In this document: in pieces, positions 12,671 to 25,358 of the stretch
Layout of the letters: each line of letters opens with the position of its first letter
How positions within the stretch are numbered: position 1 is the stretch's first letter
Origin: Eledone cirrhosa
Lineage: Eukaryota
Direction: 5' to 3'
NCBI GenBank assembly: GCA_964016885.1
Contig: OZ024740.1
Location: 360,592,001-360,656,000 of the forward strand
DNA length: 64,000 nucleotides
Position numbers and translations under genes: made by a program
The notes under the pieces: generated by a model
The model's database searches: none
What the model saw: the letters and a program-made list of their open reading frames with translations, nothing else
What the model was told of the DNA's origin: nothing

Positions 12671-13807
12671 CAAAAAGAGAATAAAAGGTACAGAGGACAA
12701 GAGGTTACAATATTACTTAACAGACCCAAAGACTGAATTAAAAGGACTGTTACAGTTAAATGGTTTCGGAAAAATGATATAACTGACAGTCTCACTACAG
12801 CTATTTTCCCCAATAAAATGCACTCAATAAACTCTGTAAAGCAGTTGCTGTTAGGAAGGGGATCCAGCCATAGAAACCATACCAAATATGGAACATACAT
12901 GAGATATCATCCTTAGATCTATGTGGGAGGACAGTGAGTCGGACATTAAACCCATGCCAGTATGGAAAGTAGGTGAAAAATTATGATAATGAGTTCCAAA
13001 GAGATACATAGTCTTAGAGAGGAGGAATCGGGCAGAATGCTTACTCCAGAGTTTAGAATGTGGGATATTGTAAGAAATGAAACAAGTTGATTTAGGTGAA
13101 GTTAACAATGCAATACAAGTGTTTTCAATATTGTGTATCTTTCCACAACATAATTCTCATAACACAGGTAGTAACCTATGAAATCTCAGTAAATTCAGCC
13201 TATAAAACAGGTATGATTCTCCATTCTAGCTACATTATCGATAGGGTAAGTTAGAAAATCTTTAGTCAACAACAATATTTACTATGATGATCTTGTAACA
13301 GAACCAAGTAAATCAAAAGTTATCTCGAGAAGCAAATAACATGCAAATATCAGAGACTCAATAAAAGAAGAAATGCATTTTGTCCAACATAAGGGAATCC
13401 TATGTCATTACAGCTTGCGAGAAATAGCAAAAAATCTCCTTCATATATCATGTTCTACCACCTTGAAAAAAGAGAAGCACACTTTAGATTATGTAGTCCT
13501 TGAAACAATCATCATCATCATTGTTTTATGCCTGCTTTGTTTTGATGGGTTGATAGGTCCAAGTCAATTCTTACTTGGAGTTACAACCCTCCTAGATATG
13601 TTAGGAGTCACATCTTGCTCGTACATTCCATGTTTGGCATGGTTGCTATGGCTAGAAGCTTTCTTAATACCAATAGTACATCTGAATAAAAGACAAGGTA
13701 GTCACAGAATTGCTTTTGAACAAAGGTCTGTTCCATCAGAACTGACCTAAAGCTAAACAACAATGCAATGTTCATGAAGAGATTTGAGCCCATAAAATAA
13801 TGATTAA

Positions 13808-14031
13808 CCCTTTCATATATTTCTAATAAAATACACAGTATGTGGATTAATTATTGAAGAATTTGGAGGGATTTATGAAAACTATTTCTATTATTAAGAT
13901 GGTATTCCTAACAACAAAATATTCCTACATTAAATTGTGTTGAAAGATTTTAATTTAAATCAGAACTATTTAAAAGGAATGGCTTTGTTCCATAGAAGTA
14001 GAGAGTTTTAATGGGATTGGTATTGAAAGGG
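13808..14031. mobile_element. piggyBac-like MITE
   Basis: TTAA-CCCTTTCA...TGAAAGGG-TTAA. Confidence 0.6.
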
Positions 14032-14579
14032 TTAAAACTCCCATACCTTAATCCTTCTGTTTCTATGACACACAGCCAGGCAAGGCGAGGAGGAGTACAA
14101 TTGCTTACTTTCCATACAATCCTGTAAGTATTTTGGCATTTTCACTTTCAGCTGTTATTTATAATTTGATATATCAAAGGGTTCAAAGTCATCATCACTA
14201 TCAGAATATGGAAAATCACAGCTTTACAAAGGAGTGTAGAGAAAGTGGTTGGGACTTGTGGAAGAAGCACATAAAATTGATGAGACTTACTCAGTGTAAT
14301 ACTTGCTCTGTTATCGTTAATTATATCAAAACGTCCAGATCTTATTATATCACAGATCTTACTGCATGGATGTTTGTTGCTACAGTTACTACTACCTTCT
14401 GATGCTTAATTGTCTTCTCATCTTTATTCCTGCATTTTGCTATTTCTACCCTCTCACTGTTATTGTATTCAGCACCTCAGGCTTACTCTATGTTAAGTCG
14501 ACCTACCATAATGTGTGCATCGTTATGAATGTATCTTATTTTTTTCAGTATAACCTGCCCTAGCTTTATCAAAGGTTTA

Positions 14580-15535
14580 TTCTATATAACTGCCAAAACT
14601 TTTAATGCCTGCTTTAATGCCGGAGGTGAAAGCTTGATGTGCACAAATCAAATGGTCCTTATTCATTTCACACATTATGTTGACAATGGCGGCCTTCAGT
14701 GAATCTTTCATATTGTAGGGATAGATGTTTATCAGTCTCCCTTTCAATAAGGCTCTACATATAGTGGTCCAGTGTACTTGGAGGCTAAATGCTGGGTGTC
14801 ACAGGATTGTGAAGATTGTCTGCCATCCATTCATGAGTCACCTAATTTTTATAAAGGTGTTGATTCCTGCTGCAACACATATCTTTCTATTGCTTACATC
14901 TTTCATCCACGGTTCAACAACTGTTTGAAGCACCTCAAGCCAGCAGCATTAAATCTAAGACCCTGTAGAAAGAAGTGGGATATGGCATGGCACTCCTTTG
15001 CTATTCACTACTAAAATCATCACAGTTGCCAGAAACTTGATGTACATAACACTGGAGACATCAGCAGGATCTGCACACAACCACCTCTCATTTCTACTGT
15101 TAAACTCTTGATCCTAGTAGAAGTTTTTTTCTCATCAGAGAACAAACAGAGCATATCATGTTATTCGGTTTTTTAAAGCCTTGCACAGATCAGCCTATTT
15201 TGCCATGACTTTGCAGTCGTGAATTGATCTCTCATCAGATACGACTTGTACCGAATGTCCTCATGCCTCACAGTTCTGATACTACCCTCCGATACATTAA
15301 GATGTTTATCAATGGCCCTCATTGACTTTCCAGGGTTATGTCATCAATAATGTTCTGAACCTGTTGTGTAAGCTGTGGTATATTGATAGTGACAGAATGC
15401 TGAGAATGCCTTTTTCGTTTAAACTGGACACTTACAACTTTTTTCTAACATTATGAAGAAATGATCTAATAACATTTATAAATTCAGCGAATTTCGAAAT
15501 CGCTAGAATGTGGTGGGAACTTCCTTCTGCACCAG
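14580..15535 (-). mobile_element. Degenerate maT (DD37D-type) Tc1/mariner transposase
   Basis: Minus strand reads NPGKSMRAI..HEDIRYKSY, FSDEK, NSRNERWLC, HFFLQGLRFNAA with frameshifts. Confidence 0.65.
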
Positions 15536-17062
15536 CTATCATGCTTCTTCCAATTCTGTCTGAACAACGGTGCTACTCCAGAACAGTGGAAAACTGCCAG
15601 TGTCATTCCTCTGTTCAAAAAGGGTGACTGCACATCACCTGTGAACTATCGTCCGGTCAGTCTTACTAGTTGCATTGCCAAACTGATGGAATCCTGTGTC
15701 AGAGAAACACTTTGGAACTTCTGGAACTCTCACAGTCTTATCCGGCCCTCGCAATTTGGATTTATCCCCAACTCCAGCTGCTGTAATCAACTTATCGAGT
15801 TTCTTGAAGACATCACCCGGATCACTGATGGCGGCTCATGGGTGGATGTTGTTTACCTTGACTTTGTGAAAGCTTTCAATTCTGTGCCACACAAAAGGCT
15901 TATGGCAAAACTCTCTGCAATGGGTGTGAAGGGTGATCTTTTTAACTGATTGAAGTCCTTCATTCTCAGTCGAAGAGAGGTAGTCACGGTTCTGGGACAG
16001 CATTCCTCACCATATGAGATGTCATCTGGTGTACCACAGGGATCTGTTCTTGGCCCCCTTTTGTTTGTGGCATATATTAATGACATAGATGCCAACTTAA
16101 AGAATGCCACAGTACTAAAGTATGCAGATGACATCAAGCTGTACCTTGAGATAAAAAGGACAGATCCTGAACACTATAGATCTTGCTTGCAGTCTGACCT
16201 GGACACAATGCAACAATGGATCTCAGACTGGCAACTCAAGCTAGCTGCGGACAAGTGCACCACCATGCATTTTGGGAGTAAAAACCCAGCGTCCACATAC
16301 TCCCTCCACAGCACTAATATCAAGAAGTCTTCTTGTGAACGTGACCTGGGTATTACGGTCAGCAACGATATGCGTTGGACGAAGCACGTCTCTAAAATTG
16401 TCAAGAGGGCTGAGGATGTCTTAGCATCACTCAGCAAGACCTTTGTCAGCTGCTCTCCAGCTATCTATTTAAGGCTGTACATGGCTATGGTGCGGCCACA
16501 CTTAGAATTTGCATCACCAGTCTGGAACCCCTATCTTGCTCAGAACATTGACCGCCTGGAAACTGTTCAGAGACGAATACCCTCCATCAGGCATCTACCA
16601 TACTCTGAACGCCTTGCTTCCCTGAGCATGGATACATTGAAGCTCCGACGCCTGGCAACTGACTTGGTAAACACCCACAAAATTGTTAACCATCTTGCCA
16701 ACAACAACACTGAGTACCTTTTTGATTTCCATGTGTCTAACACATGTGGGCATGCCCACAAAGTCAGAAAACAGCACAGTTCCCATGACTTTCGGAAACA
16801 TTTTTCACACTCAGAGTTGCTGAAGCATGGAACAAACTACCTGCATCAGTTGTTAGCTGTCGAAACACTGCATCCTTTAAAACCTCCATGCTTCCTGAGA
16901 TTCGCTAACACTACACCTAATGTTCCCTCTCCATACATATACACACATGTCTATCATGACTCATACACTATTCACTTCACTGACATTTGTATATTATTCT
17001 ATGTACTATACATGCCCCTTTGACGAGTTGTAGTGCACCTGAGCACTTTACACAATAATTTC
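15536..17062 (+). mobile_element. CR1-clade LINE, 5'-truncated
   Basis: NYRPVSLTS, VYLDFVKAFNSVPH, SGVPQGSVLGPLLF, YADD, VRPHLEF; (ATT)n tail; internal stop. Confidence 0.9.
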
Positions 17063-17100
17063 ATTATTATTAATGATACATCATTATTGAGAGGCAAAAA

Positions 17101-17283
17101 GGGCGGTGAATTGGCAGTATCGGACGCCATGCTTTCCAGCATAGTTACGTCCCTTTACGATCTGACTTCAAATCCCGCCGAGGTTGACTTTGCCTTTCAT
17201 CCTTACGGGGTCGATAACATAAAGTACCAGTAATGCACTGGGTAATTGCTGGCCTTGTGCCTAAAGTAGACACAATTATTATT
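17101..17283 (+). mobile_element. Nin-type SINE
   Basis: Same core and tail as 9563-9752. Confidence 0.8.
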
Positions 17284-17777
17284 AGAACAAAATAAAATAA
17301 AAAAATCAAAGGGAAATAACTGATGTATTAATTTTTTTTCTATAAAGGGAGATAAATGAAGAATGGGGAAAAAAAAACAAAAAAACGTTACCTTCAACTA
17401 GTCTGGGACAAAGCTAGTAAACAAACGGATTTCGATTCAAGCCTCAGATACACAGTCTTTAGCGTATGGAATCCCTATCATTCCTTTTTTACACATTGAG
17501 CATAATCATTTCTCTGATGTGATATGCCAAATATGAGAGCTAGATCATCAGCATACAGGAGCTGCCACAGAGAACCAGTTTTGAATTACTCTATGGCCTG
17601 GATGACTATAATAGACAAAAGGGGATTGTGAACTTTGCCTTAGTGGACTCCCACCTGTTCTGTACTAATTGTTAACCCTCAACTTGTTGGTTCCACCTCT
17701 GTATATGGATTCTACAGCCCTCACAAGCCATTCGTCTACACCTAGCTTTCAAAGCATTCACCAGATTACAGATTAAA

Positions 17778-18098
17778 AATAATAATAATAATGAAATTAT
17801 TGTGTAAAGTGCTCAGGTGCACTACAACTCGTCAAAGGTGCATGTATAGTACATAGAATAATATACAAATGTCAGGGAAGTGAATAGTGTATGAGTCATG
17901 ATATACATGTGTGTATGTGTATGGAGGGGGAACATTAGGTGTAGTGTTGGCGAATCTCAGGAAGCATGGAGGTTTTAAAGGATGCAGTGTCTCGACAGCT
18001 AACAACTGATGCAGGTAGTTTGTTCCATGCTTCAACAACTCTGAGCATGAAAAAATGTTTCCGAAAGTCATGGGAACTGTGCTGTTTTCTGATTTTGT
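17778..18098 (-). mobile_element. CR1 LINE 3' end (inverted relative to 15536-17062)
   Basis: Reverse complement of ~16760-17062. Confidence 0.9.
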
Positions 18099-18829
18099 AT
18101 ATATACTAGTTTTCTGTGGCAGCTCCTGTATGCTGATGATCTAGCTCTTATATTTAGCATATCACAGAGAAATTATTATGCTCAATGTGTAGAAAAGGCG
18201 TGATAGGGATTCCATACGTTAAAGACGGTGTGTCTGAGGTTTGAATCGAAATCCATTTGTTTACTAGCTTGGTCCCAGATTAGTTGAAGGTAATGTTTTT
18301 TTTTGTTTTTTATCTCCCTTCATAAACTTAAGAAATTTAACAAAGAGAGGACAAGACAATGAACAGAAACAAGGCAAAACGAAGGACACAGAACTCCAGG
18401 GTAATCAGCCATTGAGATAGATTTCAGCAGTTTCGACCCCTACCAACATACTGCTAGTCTACCTGGGATCACAGCGTCTAACATAAGCTAAATGCTGTCC
18501 AGTGGAGTAAGAGACAAAACATTAATTCATAGCAATTAAGCTACAAGTATACAGAATTTTATGCGATATCAGGGAAAAAGTGTGGTGCCTTGTATAGCAG
18601 GAGAGTCTCAAGAATGAAAAAAAGGAAAAAAGGGCTGGAGCTGGATCTATAACACTGGGACATGTTCTTTTACTGAACATGACCAATAAAAACTTAATGT
18701 GAAATCTGAATTTGTTCTTTATACGTTCTGCTATAGCACTGAGTGCTAATATTGGTACCTTCCGCAGTAAACCACAAATCTACTGAATTATTTAATTATA
18801 AATAGAGAGAGAGATAGATAGATAGCTTT

Positions 18830-19500
18830 TCAAAGAAGTATTCATGGGATGTAACATTAGGGAAACAAGCTGCATATACTCATGGGCATGCATAGTTTTT
18901 ATCAAGTTCATTGGATGCATCAATCACAACTAGTGTGTGAGGTGTCATATTACATCCTTATTGCATTTTTATTTTAACTGTGATGATGGAGCATATCTTA
19001 CCTCAAATTTTGGCAAAAGCTTGGAGATATCAAAGTAGAAACAGTTCACAAAATTAAACAAGCTTTTGCAGATAATGCTATGTATGATACCCAAATAAAC
19101 AGGTTCAAAGATAACCCCACATCAATGGAGAGTAACCAGGATTCCAGAAGGCCATCAACAAGTTACAATGCATTTATTGAGGAAGTGTGTACAATGAAAA
19201 TGGAGGATCATCGTTTGACAGTGCAAGAAATCAGTGTTGAGGTTAGTATTATAAAGGTTCTGCATATGCAATTTTAAAGGAGGATTTGAGCATCGACAGA
19301 GTAGTAATGAAATTTATACCCAAGTTGTTTTCTTGGAAACAATAACTTCATCTTGAGGTAGAACAGGACTAGCTGGATACTACCAACAATGAGCCTCAGT
19401 TCCTGTATACCATAATAACTAGAGATGTGGGTGTACAGGTATGACCTGGAAACCAAAGCTCAGTTATCAGAGTAGAACAGGTAGCCAGACTACACAATTC
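18830..19500 (+). mobile_element. Degenerate mariner transposase relic
   Basis: EDHRLTVQEI and a WVYRYDLETK-like motif. Confidence 0.6.
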
Positions 19501-19569
19501 AAATGACAGTTATACACAGAAACACACAAAGCTACAGGTGCACAACTCTACATACACACACAAATATAT

Positions 19570-20050
19570 TTTTACTGGTTTCAGTCAGATTATGCCCATG
19601 CTGGGGTTACCACCTTTGAGTCAATTATATCACTTCCACTACTTGTTCTTATTTTATCAATCTCTTTTTTAGAACTGCTCAGTTATATGACAAACATAGG
19701 TACACACATAAATACATATATGATGGGCTTCCACACAATTTCTGTTTCCCAAATTTCATTCACAAGGATATAATAGAAGAAACCTGCCCAGGGTACCATG
19801 CAGTGGGACTGAATTTGAAACTATGTGTTTGCAAAGTGAACACCTTAATCACACACCCACGCTTGTACCTTTAAAATATATAGAAACACACATGCCCCTA
19901 CCCACCCCACCCTACACATAATTTCACTCATGAGGCATGAGTCAACCCGAGATTAGGATAAATGATACTTGATCAATGTACCATTGCAGTGGGACCGAAC
20001 CCAAGACTTAATGACTGCAGAGCAAACTTCTTAACCATTCAACTATGCTG
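19570..20050 (-). mobile_element. tRNA-derived SINE copies (third family)
   Basis: Reverse-complement tRNA-like heads near 19780-19865 and 19960-20045; related fragments near 8930, 25620, 52690. Confidence 0.55.
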
Positions 20051-20344
20051 TGTTCACAATCAAATCTAGAATTATATGATTGAAGATAAAAGTTGAAAGT
20101 TCTAATTACAATCTAAATTGAATTTGTTGAATGGAAGTTACTGATTACAAATTGTGTTTGAACCAGAAAATAATGGCTTTGTCTTCCACTGGTCAATAAC
20201 AACAATAATAATAATAATAGAAGTTACTGTTGTGATTACAGATTGTGTTTGAATCTGTCCTTCACTTCTACTGATCAACTATAATAATAATAATGATTTA
20301 TTCATTTATTGTTTATTTCTTTCTTTTTTTTTTTTTTATTATGG

Positions 20345-21045
20345 TTTTTAATTCAAGCACGAAGCCAACAATTTTGGAGGAGGAGAGTAAGTCGATTAGA
20401 CCAACATCAGCACTTGTACTCTATTTTATTGATCCTGGAAGGATGAAAGGTAAAGTTGACCTTGGTGAGATTTGAACATAAAGAACCAGGAGAAATACTT
20501 CTAAATTTTTCCCCTGATACTCTGACAGTTCTGTCAATCCACCACACTTTTGATGATATAATAATAAAATAACAACAAAAAGAACAGCAAGAGTAATAAT
20601 TGTTTCTACGTTTGGCACAAGGCCAGAAAATACCCAGTGCATTACTGGTACTTTATTTTATCGACCCTGTAAGGATGAAAGGCAAAGTTATCCTCGGCGG
20701 GATTTGAACTCAGAATGGCAAGAGCCGTAACTCTATACATCAAAGCATGGCGTCCGACCCTCTACCAATACTGCCAATCCACAGCAAGAGTAATAATGGA
20801 AACAATACCGAAACTAACTTCAACAGGAACAGTAATAACAATAATAATAATGATTTCTACTATAGGCACAAAGCCAACAATTTGGGGGAAGAAAAAGTTG
20901 ATTAAATTAACCCCAGTGCATTACTGGTGCTTTATTTTATCGACCCCGTAAGGATGAAAGGCAAAGCTAACCTCGGCGGGATTTGAACTCAGACCGTAAA
21001 GGACTGTAACTCTGCAAAGCATGTCATCTGACGATTCTGCAATAA
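20345..21045 (-). mobile_element. Cluster of three Nin-type SINEs
   Basis: Three GATGAAAGG(C/T)AAAG...ATTTGAAC units. Confidence 0.75.
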
Positions 21046-21799
21046 CAATAATAATAAAAAGAAAAATAATATATAATTTATTATACACGACAGGTGTTCA
21101 ACATAAACCCACAAGTCAGCAATACTCGAACACTGGATGAGTGGGTATGGCGATTGGTAGCATGGCCGGGCCAGGGATTTCTGGATATTATCCATAGGTC
21201 CTGGACCGAAAGTCCTCTCCAAAAAGTGGCTGGTTGAAGACATTCTAGTTTTCAAGCATTCCTCCTCGGTCTTTGCTTGACCCAGGTCTGCAGCTCCATC
21301 AAGGAGACGAGCTGAGGAAATGTGTTTAGCAAACGGCAACCACACCTGTTCACTGTCAAGGAAAATCTGGAGATGTCATAACCTCAACACATGTTTGCAC
21401 ATCATCAACTACGCCACTCCCTGTCCCCTATGCAGTGCATGGACTGCCTGATTTATCAGAAAGTGTCATTTCCAGAAGAAGCAAACAAGCAAATACTCTA
21501 GAGCAGTCTGATGGGGGGGACTAGAATAATAATAGAAGGTACTGATGTGTTTATAGATTGTGTTAGAACTTTAAACTAGTTTTGGCTTCCATTGGTTAGG
21601 ACAGTCAACAACAGCAATGACAACCAATAATATTAATAGAAAGACAAGAACCAACAGAACTCCCAAAATAACAAGACAAGCAACAACATCAATAACAACA
21701 AAAGAAACACCTCCAAAAATAACAACAGAAACTAATCCAAAAGTAACAAAATTAATATCAGCAACAACAATACTGGAACAAGGGTGAAAAATAAGCATA

Positions 21800-22010
21800 A
21801 TAATGATTTTTGATTTAGGCTCAAGGCCAGCAATTTGTAGGGAAGAGGAAAGTCCATTATATCGGCCCCTGTACTTTACTGGTACTTTATTTTATTGACT
21901 TCAGAAAGATGAAAGGCAAAGTTGATCTTGGATTTGAACTCAAAATGTAAAGAGCCAAAACTAAATCCTGCAAAGCATTTGATACTAATGATTGTCAATC
22001 TACTGCCCTC
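21800..22010 (-). mobile_element. Nin-type SINE
   Basis: CTGGTACTTTATTTTATTGAC..GATGAAAGGCAAAG. Confidence 0.7.
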
Positions 22011-23115
22011 AGTGATAGAGATAATAAATATTATTATGACTAGATGAGGGCAATATTGTCTTCTCCCTCTTTCTATCACTCACACTCACTCTATCTTTCT
22101 AAACAAATATCTTTCCTTTTCTCTCTCTATCTATGTACATCTCTCTCGCTTGACGCTTCCCCTCTCTATATAGATGAGGGTGATGTCATAACTTTCTGTC
22201 ATCTTGAAAACACACGGAATTCCCTTTTTTCTCTCTATCTATGTCACTTGGCATTACTCCTCTATATATAAAGTGAGCGTGACAGACGGACAGCACTCTT
22301 ATTATAATATAGATTGTGTTAGGAAAGTTGGTACTAAGCAAATAAAAAATAGAAGAATCAAAACTAGAGTAAAGTAAGGAAAACAAAGCAACATTAATGT
22401 TCTGTATCACATGAAATCATATTACTTTTGAAAAGTACAAAACAGTACTGTGGCTGCATCATATGAAAAATTAAAGTCTTCACTCTAGTTTACTGCAAAC
22501 TTTCACAACATACTTTAAAGATTTAAATCAACAAACCCTATTTATATATTTTCTACTAAATCATTACAGAATTAAGAGTTAAATAATGGTGCTAAATCTT
22601 CATTTAAAACAAAATTCTTGTTGAAAATACAGTTAAATCTTCCTGTTAATGTAAATTATTTCAATATAGATCAAAATTGCTTAGTGTATCACTTGCTAAA
22701 AAAAAAAGTGCTACATGTTAACTAAAGCTAACCACACACTCTGACAATGTAATACCATAGTGATGTTGGGGAAAATTAAACTTGTCCCAGAGGAAAGGAT
22801 GAACTCTTTAACTTTGGTTGCCAATCCTCCTAGAGATATGTCTTGATAAAACCATCAGTGGCTGTGTCACATTATAATCACAATCTTTTGATCCATAAAA
22901 ATGGCAAATAATTTATTCCACAATGACATGAACAAGGCATAGTGAATGTCCCATTGTACAGTAAGATGGGCCTCATTGTTACTCTACAACCACAAGAAAC
23001 GTGTAGTTTATTCTACCTAAACATAGACTTGAAAATAAAAATTGCATGTTATCAATACTACCTAATAAATAATCAAAATAATTCAAGTTGTTGAAGTTTT
23101 GAGCTTAATACCACT

Positions 23116-23384
23116 CATCATCATCATCACCGTTTTACGTCCGTTCTTCCACGCTAGCATGGGTTAGACGGGTTGTCCTGTTGTGGCAGTGTCTGGTCGG
23201 CTGACCATGCCTTGCTCATACAGGAACTGATTTTGGCTTGATTTCTACAGCTGGATGCCCTTCCTAACACCAACCTCATTTACAGTGAGTGCTGGGTGCT
23301 TTTTCGTGGCGCCTACACGACCACTTTGCAGTGGGGGCATATTGTCTATATGCTTCAGCTTGTACCCATGGGAGGTCGGGTACC
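23116..23384 (-). mobile_element. RTE family A 3' UTR/tail fragment
   Basis: (CAT)n tail and match to 31065-31390. Confidence 0.85.
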
Positions 23385-23549
23385 ACTAAGACCTTAAATT
23401 ACAAATTGATCTCTTATTAAAGACTGTCCTTTTTGGCAGTGTACATTTACGCTCAGGAAAGTACTGTCTGCTTAATGTCCTTGTTGAGACTCGACAGGCA
23501 GTAAAAGATCCAGTAATTATATCAATTGGGTAAACCATCAATAATAATT

Positions 23550-23965
23550 ATAATTGTTTCTACTTTAGGCACAAAACCAGCAAATTACCCAGTACATTAC
23601 TGGTACTTTATTTTATCGACCCTGTAAGGATGAAAGGCAAAGTTAACCTCGGCGAGATTTGAACTCAGACTGTAAAGGGACGTAACTATGCTAGAAAGCA
23701 TGGCGTCCAACCCTCTACCGATACTGCCAATTCAACGCCCTCAATAATAATTATAATGTTTTCTAATTTAGGCACAAGGCCAGCACTTTTCGGGCAAGCC
23801 GATGAAATTGACCTCAGTACTGGAGTGATACTTTATTTTATCGACCCCAAAAAGATAAAAGGTAAAGTTGACCTCAGCAAGATTTGAACTCTGAATGTAA
23901 GGGTATAATTATGTACCACAGAGCATTTTGTCTGATTCTCTCATGATTCTGCCAACCCACTGGTC
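23550..23965 (-). mobile_element. Two tandem Nin-type SINEs
   Basis: Nin core twice in reverse orientation. Confidence 0.75.
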
Positions 23966-24066
23966 TAAAAAATAATAATTAACAATATCCAATGTTCTAA
24001 CGATTCTGCCTAATTGAAAGACATATAACAAAAAAATAAAATAAAATAAGATAGGTATGAAATCAT

Positions 24067-24072
24067 TTTATT
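24067..24072 (-). terminator. Candidate CDC16 polyadenylation signal (AATAAA)
   Basis: TTTATT on plus; U-rich tract follows on minus; ~1.2 kb after the stop. Confidence 0.35.
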
Positions 24073-25242
24073 AATGTTTACTTTGTGTTGTTCATCTTTG
24101 CAAGGTGGGAGAGGAGATTTGTAAAAACTGTCGCTTCCTGCTCAATGATGGGTGGGGATCACATTGGTAAAATGTGAAGTGAATCCCTCCACCAAATTAA
24201 TGCTGAATGTCTTCAAGGGCGAGAATCCACAATGAGGAATTTGAAATGTCACCATGATAGACGTTATCAAAACACCCATTCAGAACATCTCAATATTGCA
24301 AGCTCGGTGCAGAAGATTTGTGTTTGTTATTCTGTGTGTATGTTTTATAAGTGGATATGTTCGTGTAGTCAGATTATATGCCTGTGTGTGTGTTTGTTAT
24401 CCTGTATGTATGCATATCTGTACACATGTTTGCGTATTTAAGTGAGCACGTGTTCATATATTTGTGTGTGTACATGTAATGAAGTGTGGACATGTTCATA
24501 TATTTGTGTGTGAGCATGCATTGTTGGTGTGTGTGCGTACATGTAATGAAGTGAGCACGTGTTCATATATTTGTGTGTGAGCATGCATTGTTGGTGTGTG
24601 TGTGTACATGTAATGAAGTGGGGACATGTTCATGCATATCTACCCTCACACACACAGATATACACTACACTGCATTTTCAGGTTGTTATTCCATCAGTGC
24701 AATAAAGTGTTGCTGTCTACATGCAGCAGATCACTAGCTGCACTCCAAATGGGACAGACATTCCACTGATACAGTGAATGCTTTAACGAATGCAGTAATT
24801 CTATTAAGTATTCCAAAATCAAAGTTGCCTATAACTACCCATTTAGTTATATGCCAGCAGAATTAAGAGCTAAGTTCAACATACAGCTGAGTTCATAAGC
24901 TCAGCAAAATACTGCTGAGTTTATAAGTTCACTAATGAGTTGAGTTCATAAACTCAACAACATACAGCTCAGTTCTGGAGTTCACCAATCTAGTGCTGAG
25001 CCCATAAACTCAGCAATATACAGTCCAGTCCAATGTACAGCCAAGTTCATAAGCTCAGAAATGTACAGCTCAGTTCATAAACTCAGTGATGTACTCTTGC
25101 CTCAGTTTTCATTCATATCAAAATGGGGTCATACAGTCATCAGGTTGGAGAGAGAGAGAGAGAGAGAGAGAATAAAAATACACAAATGAATATTCAAGGT
25201 GGTCTGTTTTTTAAGTGTGGCACCATGTAGCACCATAGAGCA

Positions 25243-25358
25243 TTATCCATCACTGCTGCCATCCATGTCAACTTCATCGGTATCAGATGACATTGAGAAC
25301 TTCGGGTGGTTACTGGGACAGTCAACAAGCTCAAGAGATGGAACATCATTTGGTATGT
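25243..25358 (-). CDS. CDC16: CDC16/APC6 last coding exon
   Basis: AG acceptor; phase 1 from the previous exon gives DIPNDVPSLELVDCPSNHPKFSMSSDTDEVDMDGSSDG-TAA; acidic tail as in other CDC16 proteins. Confidence 0.75.

Noticed and set aside
18430-18480. GTTTCGACC motif resembling an antisense hammerhead
   Set aside because: No matching TCNTCAG box
20989-21345. 118-aa minus-strand ORF
   Set aside because: No recognisable homology; runs into a SINE; plus-strand exon reading is at least as plausible
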